Below are positions 50,591 through 64,000 of a stretch of 64,000 nt of DNA, piece by piece (the first letter of the stretch is position 1; each line of letters begins with the position of its first letter). The stretch is from Octopus sinensis. Its lineage: Eukaryota. The notes beneath the pieces were generated by a model, which was not told where the DNA came from, ran no database searches, and worked only from the letters and a program-made list of their open reading frames with translations. Location: positions 21,700,001 through 21,764,000 of the forward strand of contig NC_043000.1 of assembly GCF_006345805.1 (NCBI RefSeq), written 5' to 3'. The translations under genes and the position numbers were made by a program.

Positions 50591-51839
50591 ATTCGAACAT
50601 CATAATATACGTGGCAGGATATTGGAAAGAAGCATGATTAGAGAGGGGGGGTGAGTGGTGAAAACCTGGATGTATATAGAGGTTGGGCTAACTGATAGCA
50701 ATGATACAGAGAAACAGGGCCGTGAGGACAGGATTTGGAAGTGAGAGGTAAGTATAGTGTATGAAGGAGGAAATGTGACGAAGAGAAGAGATGCAGAGAT
50801 GTAGATTGGTTTGTTAGGGTAGGGTGTGTGAAAAGTTTTCTTGTTACATGTGAGTGGAACACACAGGCTAGCAGATTGCAATGATATGGTGAGACAGGGT
50901 CAAGAGGACAGGATTGGGGAGTGGGAATAAGCATAGTGCATGAAGTGGAAAAGCAAGGAAAAGAAGAAGTATAAATGTAGAGATGTAATTTGGTTTGTTG
51001 TGGTATGGTGTATGAGAAGTTTTCTTCTTAAGTATGGGTGGAAAATACAGCACTTCTTGAACTCAATTTCACTGATGTGGGCGGGTCTTTTCAAGAAATT
51101 CATATCACGAGACATCTCGGTCCATTGTCATTTTCTCTGTGAGGCCCAACATTCTTAGATTGGTCCTTACCACTTCATCCCATGTCTTCCTGGGTCTCCC
51201 TCTTCCATGGGTACCATCCACTTTCAGTGATCAGTACTTCTTTATGCAGCTGTCCTCATTCATACACATCACATGTCCAAACCAACATAGTCTTCTTTCT
51301 TGCATGCTGCATTTGATTCCTCTTTTTTGATGAACTTTTCTCTTAATACATTTGCATTTTGTTGTATATGCACACTGATAGTTAACATCCAACGGAGCAT
51401 ACTACCTTCATTTCTCTCCAGTCTATGCATGTCTTCTGCATTCAAAGCCCTTGTCTCACTACCATGGAGTATAGCTGTTCACACATAAGCATCATACAGT
51501 CTGAGAGAGAGTCCTTTTGTTGGCAACAGAGGTAATACCTCTCTGAACTTCCACCACTCTTATTCTGGAAACAATACTTTCAATTCTGCCACAATAACTG
51601 TGTCACTCAAGAGTGGTGCAAAATTACCAGTGTCATTCCCCTGTTCAAGAAGGGTAATCGCACATCACCTCCCAGCTACCATCCAATCAGTTTTACTAGC
51701 TGCATCCCCAAACTGATGGAGTTCTGTGAACTTCTGGAGCTCTCACAGCCTTATTGGCCTCTCACAATTTGGATTTATCCCTAACTCCAGCTGCTGTAGC
51801 CAACTTATCAAGTTTCTTGAGGATATCACCCAAATTACT

Positions 51840-52410
51840 GATAGTGGGTGTCATCTATCTTGACTTTACTAAAGCCTTCAATTCTGTGCCACACAAACAA
51901 CTCATTACAAAATTCTCTGCAATGGAGGTGAAGGATAATCTCTGTAACTGGCTGAAGTCCTTCATTCTCAATTGAAAAGAGGTAGTTACAGTTCTAGGAC
52001 ATCATTCTGCACTCCATGAGAGGACAGCTGGTGTACCACAGGAATCCATTCTTGGACCCCTATTGTTTGTTGATTATATTAGTGTTAAGCTGTACCTTGG
52101 AATAAAAAAAAAAGATCCTATGCACTATAGATCTTTCCTGCAATCAGAACTGAACATAATGTAGAAATGGATTACTGACTGGCAACTCAAGGTAGCACTT
52201 TGGGAGGAAAAACCCAGTTTTTACATACTCCTTCAACAACACCAATCTTAAAAAGTCTGTTAGTGAACATGATCTGGAAATTATTGCAAACGGCAATCTG
52301 CATTGGACAAACCACATCTCCAAGATTGTCAAGAAGGCTGAAGATGTCTTAGCATCCCTCAGCAAGAACTTTGTCAGACACTCTCCAGCTATCTATTTAA
52401 AACTGTATAT
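51840..52410 (+). mobile_element. Decayed CR1-like RT fragment
   Basis: IYLDFTKAFNSVPHKQL, GVPQESILGPLLF, HWTNHISKIVKKA. Confidence 0.7.
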
Positions 52411-52559
52411 TACAAAGAACAGTTGGTCATTGAAATAAAATGGAAGCTGGCAATGAACTATGGAAACGAATGCATGTTCTAAGTCAGGTCACCATTATAG
52501 ATGGAATTGTGGTGCATGTTCTACATCAGGTCAACATTATAGAAGGAATTGTGGTCTCA

Positions 52560-54190
52560 TGTGGCTAGACCTTAAAATTGTTCAGGGTCTGGTTTGGATC
52601 GGATCTCCAACTGGAGAAGTGGAGCGATGTGACGAGCCAGGTAGCCAGTCTCACCCAGAAATGGGCCAAGAGAAAGCTATCCTTGAAAGGCCCAGCAGAG
52701 GTGGGGAACTCATACAACCCCTCGGTCATTTACTACCACCTCACCATCATGCCTTGCCCCAGTTTGTAGCTGGTCAGGTGCTCCATTTGCTGTCAACACT
52801 CTATAAACGGTGGGCTGAGTATGCTGTGACTATTGATGGGCAGACCTGCGCTAAGGCTGCGGCACATCCAGCGTTTCCTCGACAACAGTGAGGAGGTGTG
52901 GTCGCCGTTTGTCAGACTCGCTTTCCCACAGCTCGTCTCTTTGACTGAGCTGCAATCTCAGATCAAGCGTAGACTGAGGCTGGGGGTCTGACACTTTGAG
53001 TGTCACCAGGCGCTCACGCTCTTCAGCCAGTCGAGCAATGCGGTTCACGGAAGTTCTATATGGCATTGTATAGAGAGTTAGTGGTGAAAGGAAACGATGA
53101 CATTCTCGGGGAGACTCTAGGCGTCGATGAATTTCAACTCACCAGTCTGTTCCAGAAGACTTTTGGGCAGGGGCATATGGATGACTTCCAGAAATCCCTG
53201 GCCTGGCAGTGCTACCAGGGGGTGGGGCTTTGCCTGTTTGAGATAAACTCTACAGGCATGGAAGTGCCGTCAGTCAGACCTGCCCAAGACGTGTACCGAG
53301 CGATGAAACCGTTCTGCACACACTTGTCCAATACCCAAGCATATCTGATATAGGGGTTTATGTTGAATACCTATTTCTTTACTACCCACAAGGGGCTAAA
53401 CACAGAGAGGACAAACAAATGGATTAAGTCGATTATATCAACCCCAGTGCATAACTGGTACTTATTTAATCGACCCTGAAAGGATGAAAGGCAAAGTCGA
53501 CCTCGGCGGAATTTGAACTCAGAATGTAGCGGCAGACGAAATACCATAAAGCATTTCGCCCAGCATGCTAACGATTCTGCCAGCTCGCTGCCTTTTATGT
53601 TGAATACCTGCTGTCACATATAGGATGTGTCCGCTTGTCAGCTGATTCCATCATGAAAATTGCCCTGCCGCCTTCCTTTGGCCGGCAAGGGGAGGCAATT
53701 TACATCTGTTTTGTGGCTGTAGCGAAAGAGGTTGTGTGGTGGTCGAGACTGAAAAGGCTGAAGACAGGTACTTTTTTCTTTGACCTACCCCACATCAACT
53801 TTTTCAGATATCATCAGAAAAGGAAAGTGAGGGTTGAAAGAGAAGTGCTAACTTCCAGCATATTTGTTAAAAGGTGGGTGAATGTCACGAAGATGGTCCG
53901 TATCAATGGGCCTACTTTGAGCATGCGCTTTTGAGCTTCCAAGGACGAGAGAGAAAGAAAGATGGGGAGCGGGTTCTTGCCCTAGTGGTCGGAGCACTTG
54001 TGTATTTTCGTGGGGGGGGGGGGTCTCCATGAGTAGCTCTGAGTTGCTTGCCTCTTGTTGACATTCTTTCGTCATATTTTTCATTGTTATCGACTTTTTA
54101 CGCGACACTTTAAGTAACCCCACTTTGTCCTTCAGGTTTTGTAATGTCCAATCTGATTTTTGTCGGTCCTTGTGGCTAATAAAGAAAGAA
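52560..54190 (+). mobile_element. Tx1/L1-clade LINE 3' portion split by SINE-B (53373-53593, 16-bp TSD tttatgttgaatacct)
   Basis: VWFGSDLQ, RKLSLKG, DKLYRHG..TCPRC..DETVLH, KRKVRVEREVL; tail gtggctaataaagaaa. Confidence 0.8.
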
Positions 54191-57100
54191 TTATTATTAC
54201 TATTATTATTATTATTGTTATTATTATTATCAATCAATACATTCACACACACACATATACATACATAGATACGTCTGAGCGTGCGTGCGTATGTGTGTGC
54301 GTGTGTGTAGACTATTGCTTCCGCCGTCACGGGCACCGCTACTGCAATAGCAACTACCACTACTACTACTGCTACTATCACCACCACGATAACTACAACA
54401 GCTACTACTGCTGCTAGTAGTATTACTACTATTACTACTACTATTAAAACTTGCCCTGCTCATAAAGCCGCAACTTGAAACCTTTAATCTTCCTTCTCAC
54501 ATTGTAGTTTTTTCTAAACAGGATGCGAAAAAAGAAAGAGAAAAAATAACAGTACATGAAAGGCAGCTAAATATAAAAAAGAAAATAATAAATCAATGGT
54601 AACTGATAAGCTGAGCATCCAACCAGAACGACTGACCTATGCCAATAAAACAAAAACAAAACAGATCACTGAATCTTACAAATTATATGTATATATATCA
54701 CCATATAAGCCCACAATTTGGATGCAGCGCAACAGCTAGTGACCAGAAGTGGGCATTGCACCACATTGTACTAACTTCATAATTCATTTTCCCGATTGTA
54801 TTGTCCCATCTATGTAGCCCCTAGTGGGTAATAATAAAACAAACAGCTAGTGACCAGGTCGCAATTTCGCGCGACGGAAATTTTGGTACCATATTACTAA
54901 CAACAAATGTTTAAGTGAAATTAACGGTTTCTGGAAGGCTAACATGTACTAGCACGTTGTGATGGTTTTACTTTCAACACACTATCTCGCATGAAAACAC
55001 TTGCCGTGAAAGTACATCTCCATACCAATGGATTTTATTTGTGAGGGAAATAAATGTGGATTGCTTATACATTAGAAGGTTATCTTTACCTGCGTGGCTA
55101 ATAAAGAAATCTTTTACCTTACGGTGAGTTTGTCTTTTAATATACGGTTCTTCATATACTTTTGCGTTGCACTGTTATTGGGATTCTTGTGTGAAATAAA
55201 CCAATCTAAAGATATTATTCAACATGGTTTATTTACAATTTGATGATGTTTCTTTGGTGGGTATTTAGGAATGATTAAACTTAACAGGTGACAACGGTTG
55301 AAATATGTATATAGTGACTGTCTGCCAGAGACGTCTAAATTTCTATTTTGGTTTCTACCATTATGATAATTAGCTGGAAGCTGCTTTATTTATATAATAT
55401 TCCGTGTTGATTGTTTCTAATTAAATGATAAACTGTTCATATCATCACAGCACTTTAGAAATGCCTGCGAAAATGTGTTTTCTTACTCCTTAATTAAAAT
55501 TGATGGTATTCATTTTCAAAAATACCTTTTTGTTTTTGTTTTAGTTATTTCTTACCAGTTTAACAAAGAAAAGGGTACAACTTTTGACTGTGGAATTAGA
55601 CCACGTAACTGCATGTAGTACTTAGCAATTCTTATCGCACCATCATCGCACTTTAGTGAGTCGGTGCCGTTTTAATTGCTTGACTCCTCTGGTCAATTTT
55701 ATTGTAATTCCAACTTTATTTACCCTCCCCCTTCGCGCTACGTTCATAACTGCTTCTGAGATATTTATCCTAACGTACCTCCAGGTTTATTTATGAGGAT
55801 GGGAATTAACAATTGTCTATCAGCTTATCCTGTATTTTACTTGTAGCCATTTATTCTTCCTCATCCTCTCTCTATCGGCTGCTATACAAATGTGACTCGA
55901 ACCCTGCCATGCAGGTCAACCTCGTGCATCGTCTTATGATTTGCTTTGATTTAAAGCATTGGTATCAAAGTTATATTTAGCGGCAAAGTTATTGGGTTTA
56001 GCTCGGGAAATTATGTTTGTTCTGAGATTTGTGGGACTACTCTAAAATATTAATTCTTAATGCCTGTCATTTCATTTCGAGGAAACCTCTATATGGTTGT
56101 CTGACTGCTAAAAATATCGGCCAATTTCCTTCTGTGTCAGACCCTGCTGTTTTGAAAAAAGAGAAAAACATAGGCCTGAAGAAAAAAAGCAAATAGGATG
56201 GTCACAGATAGGCTGGTCATCTGTGAAATGTTTATAAGTCTACTAGTTTGGGGCAGGCCTAGGGCTAAACAACAACTCGTGTCGCCAAATACGAGAGAGT
56301 CTTAAGAAAAGATCCTTTTCTTTTGGGTGTAAAAGGGCTGGAGAAATTGACCGAAGTTCTTATTCACCGCTTTACTAAATAATTGAAGTTGAATAAAAGT
56401 TTCAGTGTTTAATTTGTTATATTTCGATGAAATCGAATTTATTTTGCGTCAATCCGGAGTCAGTGAATTAAATAGCCTGGTATACAGCTTAGCCGGCCCT
56501 TAAAATAATAACATTAAGGATAAGGTCAAAAAGATATGTCGGCGATCTTTGCTTCTTATGTAAATAAAAGTGCGAATTAAAGATCGCCGATAGGGAAGGT
56601 CTCGCGAGTTGGCAGAATCATTAGAATGCAAGGATAAATGTGTTGTGCTATTTCTACAGGGTCTTCACAATCTGAGTTCAAATCAAGCCGAGGTCGACTT
56701 TGCTTTTCATTTTTCTGGAGTCGATAAAATAATGTACCTTCCAATGAAGTAAGAATGGTGGTACAAAATAATCCCCTGCTCCTTAAAATTGCTGGATTTG
56801 TTCCTAAATTTTCTAGTAATCTACACAGACTCTGTATGTGTGTGTGTTCAATTTCAGTAGTGTCACACTCAGATTTCGTAACATACTCTTTCAGCACATA
56901 CGAAGCAGTCTACTTTTCATTAAATATCTGTCACTTACGTAGGTTATGTAAAAATAGTATCAGATGATGGGCACGAATTGAATGAGTCTTTAATTATAAG
57001 AATAATTATTGGGGCATGGAAAAGGACAATTACCGTATAACCTAGAAAGTCGTACACTAGAAAATATCCTTTACATTTTGGGTTCGTTAATGCACCGCTG

Positions 57101-58246
57101 AAGAGACTACAGTCAGCGTGACGAACTTGAGCCACTCATAGCTTATGAACCACTCCTCTATTATATGTAACTCATTGATTAAAGCTTTAAGCTATGACTC
57201 ATTTCAGATTTCCTATTGCCGATGAATAAATAGATAAATAATAAACAATAGTTATTGTAGTGGGTGACCCGGTCGTTAAGCAATCGATATGTACCTTCGG
57301 ATTTTGTTGAAAATTTCGTTAAAAAGTATTCATTTTTCTGGAAGTTATGTGGTGGTCTTAGGATGTGTTAGAAACAACAGCCAAATCTCCCTTAAATCAC
57401 ACACTTTTTCCTCTGGAAATATTCACAGATTTTTTGTTGTTTTTAACCGAAAAGGTTTCACCCATGGGTTTTAACTGCGTAGTGCCAAAAAAATTGGCCA
57501 AAATCAGTCCAGAGTTGGGTGGTGAGAGTGAGGATTGAAAAAAAATCATAAATTTTCCAAATGTAATTTTTTCCTAATATTTCGATTATTTTCGCATTTT
57601 TGATCCCTGGTTTCCGTACTCCTTTTTTTTTTCTTCGAATGAGGTATGATACTTCAAAGGGCAGCTTTTTCGAAACTCCCTTTAGATATTGTAGTCATAG
57701 ATACAGTAAACAATGCCTGAGAAAAATTAGTGAGATTCTTCTGTTCGCGGGCTTGAAATTGCTTTGTCTCGGCGTGGTTGCTGTCCAATAACTGAAACAA
57801 GATATGGTATCGCATCTGTTCTGTTCTTTTAGTTCGTTTGCTTTTTTATTTTATTTTACTTGTTTCAGTGGTTTGACTGTGGCCATACCATGCTGGAGCA
57901 CCACCCTGAAGGCTTTCAATTAATCAAATTTACTCCCATACTTATTCTCTTCCGAAATTTGTAGGAAGGACAAACACACGTGCATGCACACACACTTGTA
58001 ACTCATAATTTCTTTGTGGATAACCTGAAGGTTTATACTAAAAAATATTTAGAATGTCAAAAACAGCTAGTTAAGAAATTTCGGTCAAATTAAGTATTTG
58101 TATTCAATTGTTGAATGTGAAAAATCATCCACCCACCCCCAAATGCCCAACCTGTACGACAATGGTCTCTCTAACATTACTTTTCTATTCAAAGAATAAA
58201 ACAAAAAAAATATCTAAGCATTGATGAAAATATATCACACGAAGAC

Positions 58247-58375
58247 CTGGGATATTATCTTGGAAGAGGAAAGTTCTAAGTGTCATATTTTTCTAAGTCT
58301 GGTGTAATATTCTTTACACCAGACTTAGAAAAATATGACACTTAGAACTTTCCCCTTCTAAGATAATATCCCAGA
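58247..58375. repeat. Near-perfect ~62-bp hairpin with 6-nt loop
   Basis: 58247-58308 pairs with 58315-58375 with one G-T, one A-C and one bulged A. Confidence 0.9.
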
Positions 58376-58497
58376 ATGCTTTTGCAGTACTATTTTTTGA
58401 TACAAACATTTGGACACTTGACTGGTCTTGTAGAAGGAATCCATTGTATAAACATTGAAATGGGTCTATAAAACTTCGTAAACATTTTATAGACCCA

Positions 58498-59001
58498 CTA
58501 GCAGTATCGCCCGGCGTTGCTCGGGTTTGTAAGGGAAATGACTATATAAGCATTTTTAGAGAGTTACTTCCCATATAGATGCCAATTCGGGCTTTCTTAG
58601 CCATTTCTGTTTTGGTGTCTTCAAGCCATGAAGTCGTTGTTCTAAAAGAACGCTGGTCTCCTTGACAACGCTTTACGACGTTGATTTCCTTACACTCCCT
58701 TCCCCACAGCTTCACGAGGGAGGGAAGAAGGGGGAGAAGCAAACAGGTGCAGGTGTGACCATGGACGCCAACTCCTCCGCCATCGACACACGAAAAATTA
58801 TGCATTAAAATGGAATAAAAAATTATGCATTAAAATCGTAGACTCATCGTAGACGCGCGCTAATACCCAGACGGGCTCGATATGAATCACGACTATAAGA
58901 TACCCGAATTTGGTTAAACTGCACCGCAAAATGTGGGAGTAGTTAGGAATCTAAATCGAAGGGGACAGACACTCACACAACTACAGTTTTATATATATAG
59001 A
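58498..59001 (-). mobile_element. Non-autonomous Helitron with unrelated interior
   Basis: Minus strand A|TCTATATATATAAAAC ... cccgagcaacgccgggcgatactgCTAG|T; termini shared with the 31832 and 41195 copies. Confidence 0.8.
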
Positions 59002-60299
59002 TTTCATATCAAAATGACCACACCAAAAAATTCCCTTTCTTTCTTCTTGATCTACTTAATTCTTTTTTCTTTCTTTATTTGTGTATGTGTATGAATATAT
59101 GTGAATGAATACATATGTATGTGTTCTTTTATTATATACTCTCTTTTTTTTTACTCTCTTTTACTTGTTTCAGTCATTTGACTGCGGCCATGCTGGAGCA
59201 CTGCCTTTAGTCGAGCAAATCGACCCCGGGACTTATTCTTTGTAAGCCTAGTACTTATTCTATCGGTCTCTTTTGCCGAACCGCTAAGTGACGGGGACGT
59301 AAACACACCAGCATCGGTTGTCAAGCAATGCTAGGGGGACAAACACACACACACATACACATACACACACATATATATATACATATATACGACAGGCTTC
59401 TTTCAGTTTCCGTCTACCAAAACCACTCACAAGGCATTGGTCGGCCCGAGGCTATAGCAGAAGACACTTGCCCAAGATGCCACGCAGTGGGACTGAACCC
59501 GGAACCATGTGGTTGGTTAGCAAGCTACTTACCACACAGCCACTCCTGCGCCTATGTGTTTGTGTTTCTCTGCATTTATGTTTGTGTGAAGTCCTATATT
59601 TTTGTGTGTGTACATGTTTATGTGTGCATATGTATGTGTGTGTACATCTCCCTCTATATATGTTTATGTATGGGTATATGTATATTTGTGTGCGTGGGTG
59701 TGTGATGTATGTATGTGTGTGTGTTAGCAGTTAAATACATCCTATTTAAACAATGAGTAACAAACTCTCAAATATCAGTTTGAAAACTGATCTTAAGCTA
59801 TAAATTCCAGTCAGTCACCTTTCTATATATTTATACACCTCTATTAATGTGGGAAAATTATCAGTAAAGCCATTTCTATTCATTTTTTCAAATATATATA
59901 TGTGTGTAGTTAAGCAAAAATTTAGATTTAGATGAATTAGCTGCATAAGTTGAGGCACCAGAATTTAGTACAGTATTATCCATACAGTTTCAAAATAAGG
60001 TGATTAAAATCAAAATAAGCAACAGGATATCCAGAGGTAATGCAGTACAATCGTTTCAAGCGACTCCATTTAATTGAACAATGCAGCCATTACATCAGTT
60101 TAAATGCAGAGCAATCCTCAGTTGCATAAATACATAGAATTAAATCAAATTAAAACAGATGGACACATTTGTATAATTTTACCTAAAACCTCCAAGAAGG
60201 TAAGGAGATAGACAAAGAGCATGTTGTCATCTCTTCAGCTTAGAAGTTACTAAATATGTGTGTGTGTATATATATATATATATATTATATATATATATA

Positions 60300-61728
60300 C
60301 ATGGATATATGGGTACAGGACATCACCAACTGTGCTAATAGCATGAAATACACAAACAAGAAAAAATGGCAAACAGGACAAGTAAACAGAGAAAGGACCC
60401 TTCATCAGTTGTTGGCTGTCTATCTACTCATTGTGAGCATGCTTTACATATCATCCATTTATACATTTTGTACAATTTCTCCAGTTTACATATATATATA
60501 TAGATAGATATATATTCTATCCCATAGGCACAGGAGTGGTTGTGTGGTAAGTAGCTTGCTTACCAACCACATGGTTCCGGGTTCATTCCCACTGCATGGC
60601 ACCTTGGGCAAGTGTCTTCTACTATAGCTTTGGGCCAACCAAAGCCTTGTGAGTGGATTTGGTATATATATGTATATATATATGTGTATATATATGTATA
60701 TGTGTATATATGTGTATATATATGTATATGTGTATATATATATATATGTGTATATATATGTATATGTGTATATATATATGTATATATATATGTGTATATG
60801 TTTGTCCCCCAACATCGTTTGACAACCGATGCTGGTGTGTTTACGTCCCCGTAATTTAGTGGTTCGGCAAAAGAGACCTATAGAATAAGTACTAAGCTTA
60901 CAAAGAATAAGTCCTGGGGTCGATTTGCTCAACTAAAGGTGGTACTCCAGCATGGCCACATTCAAATGACTGAAACAAGTGAAAGAGTATATATATATAT
61001 ATATATATATACATGGATATATGGGTACAGGACATCACCAACTGTGCTAATAGCATGAAATACACAAACAAGAAAAAATGGCAAACAGGACAAGTAAACA
61101 GAGAAAGGACCCTTCATCAGTTGTCGGCTGTCTATCTACTCATTGTGAGCATGCTTTACATATCATCCATTTATACATTTTGTACAATTTCTCCAGTTTA
61201 CATATATATATATATAGATAGATATATATTCTATCCCATAGGCACAGGAGTGGTTGTGTGGTAAGTAGCTTGCTTACCAACCACATGGTTCCGGGTTCAT
61301 TCCCACTGCATGGCACCTTGGGCAAGTGTCTTCTACTATAGCTTTGGGCCAACCAAAGCCTTGTGAGTGGATTTGGTATATATATGTATATATATATGTG
61401 TATATATATGTATATGTGTATATATATGTATATGTGTATATATGTATATGTGTATGTATATGTGTATATATGTGTATATATATGTATATGTGTATATATA
61501 TGTATATATATATGTGTATATGTTTGTCCCCCAACATCGTTTGACAACCGATGCTGGTGTGTTTACGTCCCCGTAATTTAGTGGTTCGGCAAAAGAGACC
61601 TATAGAATAAGTACTAAGCTTACAAAGAATAAGTCCTGGGGTCGATTTGCTCAACTAAAGGTGGTACTCCAGCATGGCCACATTCAAATGACTGAAACAA
61701 GTGAAAGAGTATATATATATATATATAC
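60300..61728. repeat. Tandem duplication, ~712-bp unit containing SINE-A
   Basis: catggatatatgggtacagg at 60300 and 61012; units near-identical apart from microsatellite length. Confidence 0.9.
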
Positions 61729-61734
61729 ACACTG

Positions 61735-62350
61735 GTCTCACTGAGGAAATGACTAGAGACCGAGACCTCTGAAAGTGTGCTGTGCGCGAGAAGACCCGGC
61801 AGGACAAGTGAGACCATAACCTGTGGCCTTCTACATGGGATGGAGCCAGCCTACGTATGCATACCTTCCCTTCTTGGGACACAAAACTCTACTTGTGAAG
61901 ACCTGTTGAGGCAAGTGAGGATCAGAATTGAAATCGATCAATGGAAATTGCAGATGTGCTACCAGTGCCGGTGGCATGTAAGAGAACCATCCATTCATGA
62001 CCGTTGCCAGCGCTGCCCCGACTGGCCTCGTGCCGGTGGCACGTAAAAAGCACCATCCGTTCGTGTCCGTTGCCAGCCTCGCCTGGCCCCCGTGCCGGTG
62101 GCACATAAAAATCACCATCCATTCGTGGCCGTTTGCCAGCTCTGTCTGGCACCTGTGCGGGTGGCACGTAAAAAGCACCCACTACACTCACGGAGTGGTT
62201 GGCGTTAGGAAGGGCATCCAGCCGTAGAAACACTGCCAGATCTGACTAGGCCTGATGAAGCCTTCCGGCTTCACAGACCCCAGTTGAACCGTCCAACCCA
62301 TGCTAGCATGGAAAACGGACGCTAAACGATGATGATGATGATGATGATGA
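61735..62350 (+). mobile_element. RTE LINE 3' end (ORF terminus, 3'UTR and (GAT)n tail)
   Basis: ...EMTRDRDL.KCAVREKTR then 3'UTR modules and the catgctagcatgg terminus. Confidence 0.8.
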
Positions 62351-63154
62351 AAGACAAACCTGGACATGCAAGGATCACATCTTGTTGCCACCGCAACTGC
62401 TAAGCCTCATAGTCCCTGTCATTTCATACAGTCACCTCACCTGACACTTCCACCAGCTTAGAAGGCTTTGTAAATGGTCATGAGCATTTCCTTTCTTCTT
62501 CATTCATCATCATTTTTAACTCGCACACACCATCCATCTTGGTTCTGTATTAGATGAGGGAGGTCTTCAGGAAGGCATCCAGTGTTTCTTCTTCATCAAC
62601 CCTTTAGCATTTAAACTGGTCGTATCCAGCCCAAATATTCTTCCTGTTTAATGTTCAAACCAACCGGATCCTGCCTCTCACACCTACCATACAATGTCAT
62701 TCTAAAAGTAAACCATCACACCATCAAAATATTAATGCTGTGAGATAATGCATGATTACTGCAAAGCAATATGTATAAATAAGCCTTACATTTGATAGAG
62801 TAAAGACTAAAGACCCCCTTCGAGTATGAATGACGGTGCAATTTCAACTTTAAAGTTCCCCTCCAAGGCACAAATCCAAGCAAGATTGTGGAAGACCAGC
62901 AGTCACCCATGTATACCTATTTCTTTACTACCCACAAGGGGCTAAACACAGAGAGGACAAACAAGGACCGACAAACGGATTAAGTCGATTATATTGACCC
63001 CAGTGCATAACTGGTACTTATTTAATCGACCCCAAAAGGATGAAAGGCAAAGTCAACCTCGGCGGAATTTGACTCAGAACGTAGCAGCAGACGAAATACC
63101 GCTAAGCATTTTGCCCGGCATGCTAATGTTTCTGCCTGCTCGCCGTCTTTCACC

Positions 63155-64000
63155 CATGCATATCAGCCTCCCCTATCCATGCCACTGATGTTAACCAAGG
63201 GAAAGGCAAAGGCTGATACAACTTGGCATCAGTGATGCTGCAACTTGTTTCTCCATCCAGGTAAAGCCAGAGGTGCCTCAGCCTTAATGCGAATTTTCGC
63301 ATCCTCAGCCAAGGCATCCTTAGCCCACCCTTTAGTGGCTTCTGGCAGCAGACAGAGCGCTTCACAAGAGGCTTTCCTCCTTTCCACAGAAAGGATTCTC
63401 TCCAACTTGTTCAGCCACAAATCAGGGCAAGGCACCACAGTCAGACGGTAGGTGATAACAGATGCTATAAACATCTGCACCACTTCTGCCTTCCCTAGCA
63501 AGGATAATGCCCATCCAGACTAAGTCTGGGTTAGAGCAGTCACCTTACTGGCTACCTCACTCCAATTTTTCTCTATCTGGAGGTCTGATCCAAACCAGAC
63601 CCCAAGCAGCTTAAGAGGTCCTTCTGTCCAATGCCCTATGACGTTATTGGACGTCATCGGCTTGCCTCTCCAGGTGCCGAGTTGCAAACCGACTGACTTG
63701 TCCTTGTTAATCTTTGCTCCTGCCACCACCTCGTAACTTTTGGTGGCCTCTTCCACCACTGGAAGCTGGCTCTCATCCACTACGATGATGGAGATGTCAT
63801 CCGCATATGCCGTAGCTCCACCCCGCACCACAGATCATTCAGTGCGCCTCCTAGTGCTTCCAACTTCTGCAGCAATAGCTCAAGAACTAGTACATTCAAA
63901 AGCGGAGTCAGGGGACATCCCTGATGCACTGAGCATTCGATCCTGAATGGTTTCAAGAAGAATCCATTTACTTTGGCTGCAGACTCAATGTCGATGTACA
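63155..64000 (-). mobile_element. Tx1/L1-clade RT fragment running off the window end
   Basis: SVHQGCPLTPLL, AYADDISIIV, GAKINKDKS, LLGVWFG, LSLLGKAEV. Confidence 0.85.

Noticed and set aside
60390-60415. Minus-strand CTGATGAAGGGTCC as a hammerhead (also 44880-44930 and 60040-60105)
   Set aside because: Missing or mutated GAAA/box and no paired stem I; at most fossil Penelope-like remnants.

Overview
AT-rich, microsatellite- and transposon-dense eukaryotic DNA. The repeat families (tRNA-derived SINEs, RTE LINE 3' ends with (CAT)n tails, TTAA MITEs) suggest an octopus/coleoid cephalopod genome; this is an inference, not a database result. The only host gene I can support is mostly invisible in the ORF track: a 4-coding-exon, minus-strand gene (21807->5957, 225 aa, all introns phase 0, GT-AG) encoding a TEX36-like HDNR-motif protein. 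An RFX X-box and an adjacent forkhead site lie about 230 bp upstream of its ATG, pointing to a motile cilium/sperm flagellum role. The rest is mobile DNA: RTE, Tx1/L1, CR1-like and HERO-like LINE fragments, Penelope-type hammerhead motifs, several SINE families, Tc1/mariner, hAT and piggyBac derivatives, and non-autonomous Helitrons. Notable structures are an RTE insertion with twin-priming architecture, a 5x head-to-tail Helitron-like 5'-end array, a SINE sharing its 3' tail with the Tx1 LINE, a Tx1 3' end inside a (TACC)n tract, and two long near-perfect inverted repeats. All coordinates and alignments were read by eye; repeat boundaries are approximate.
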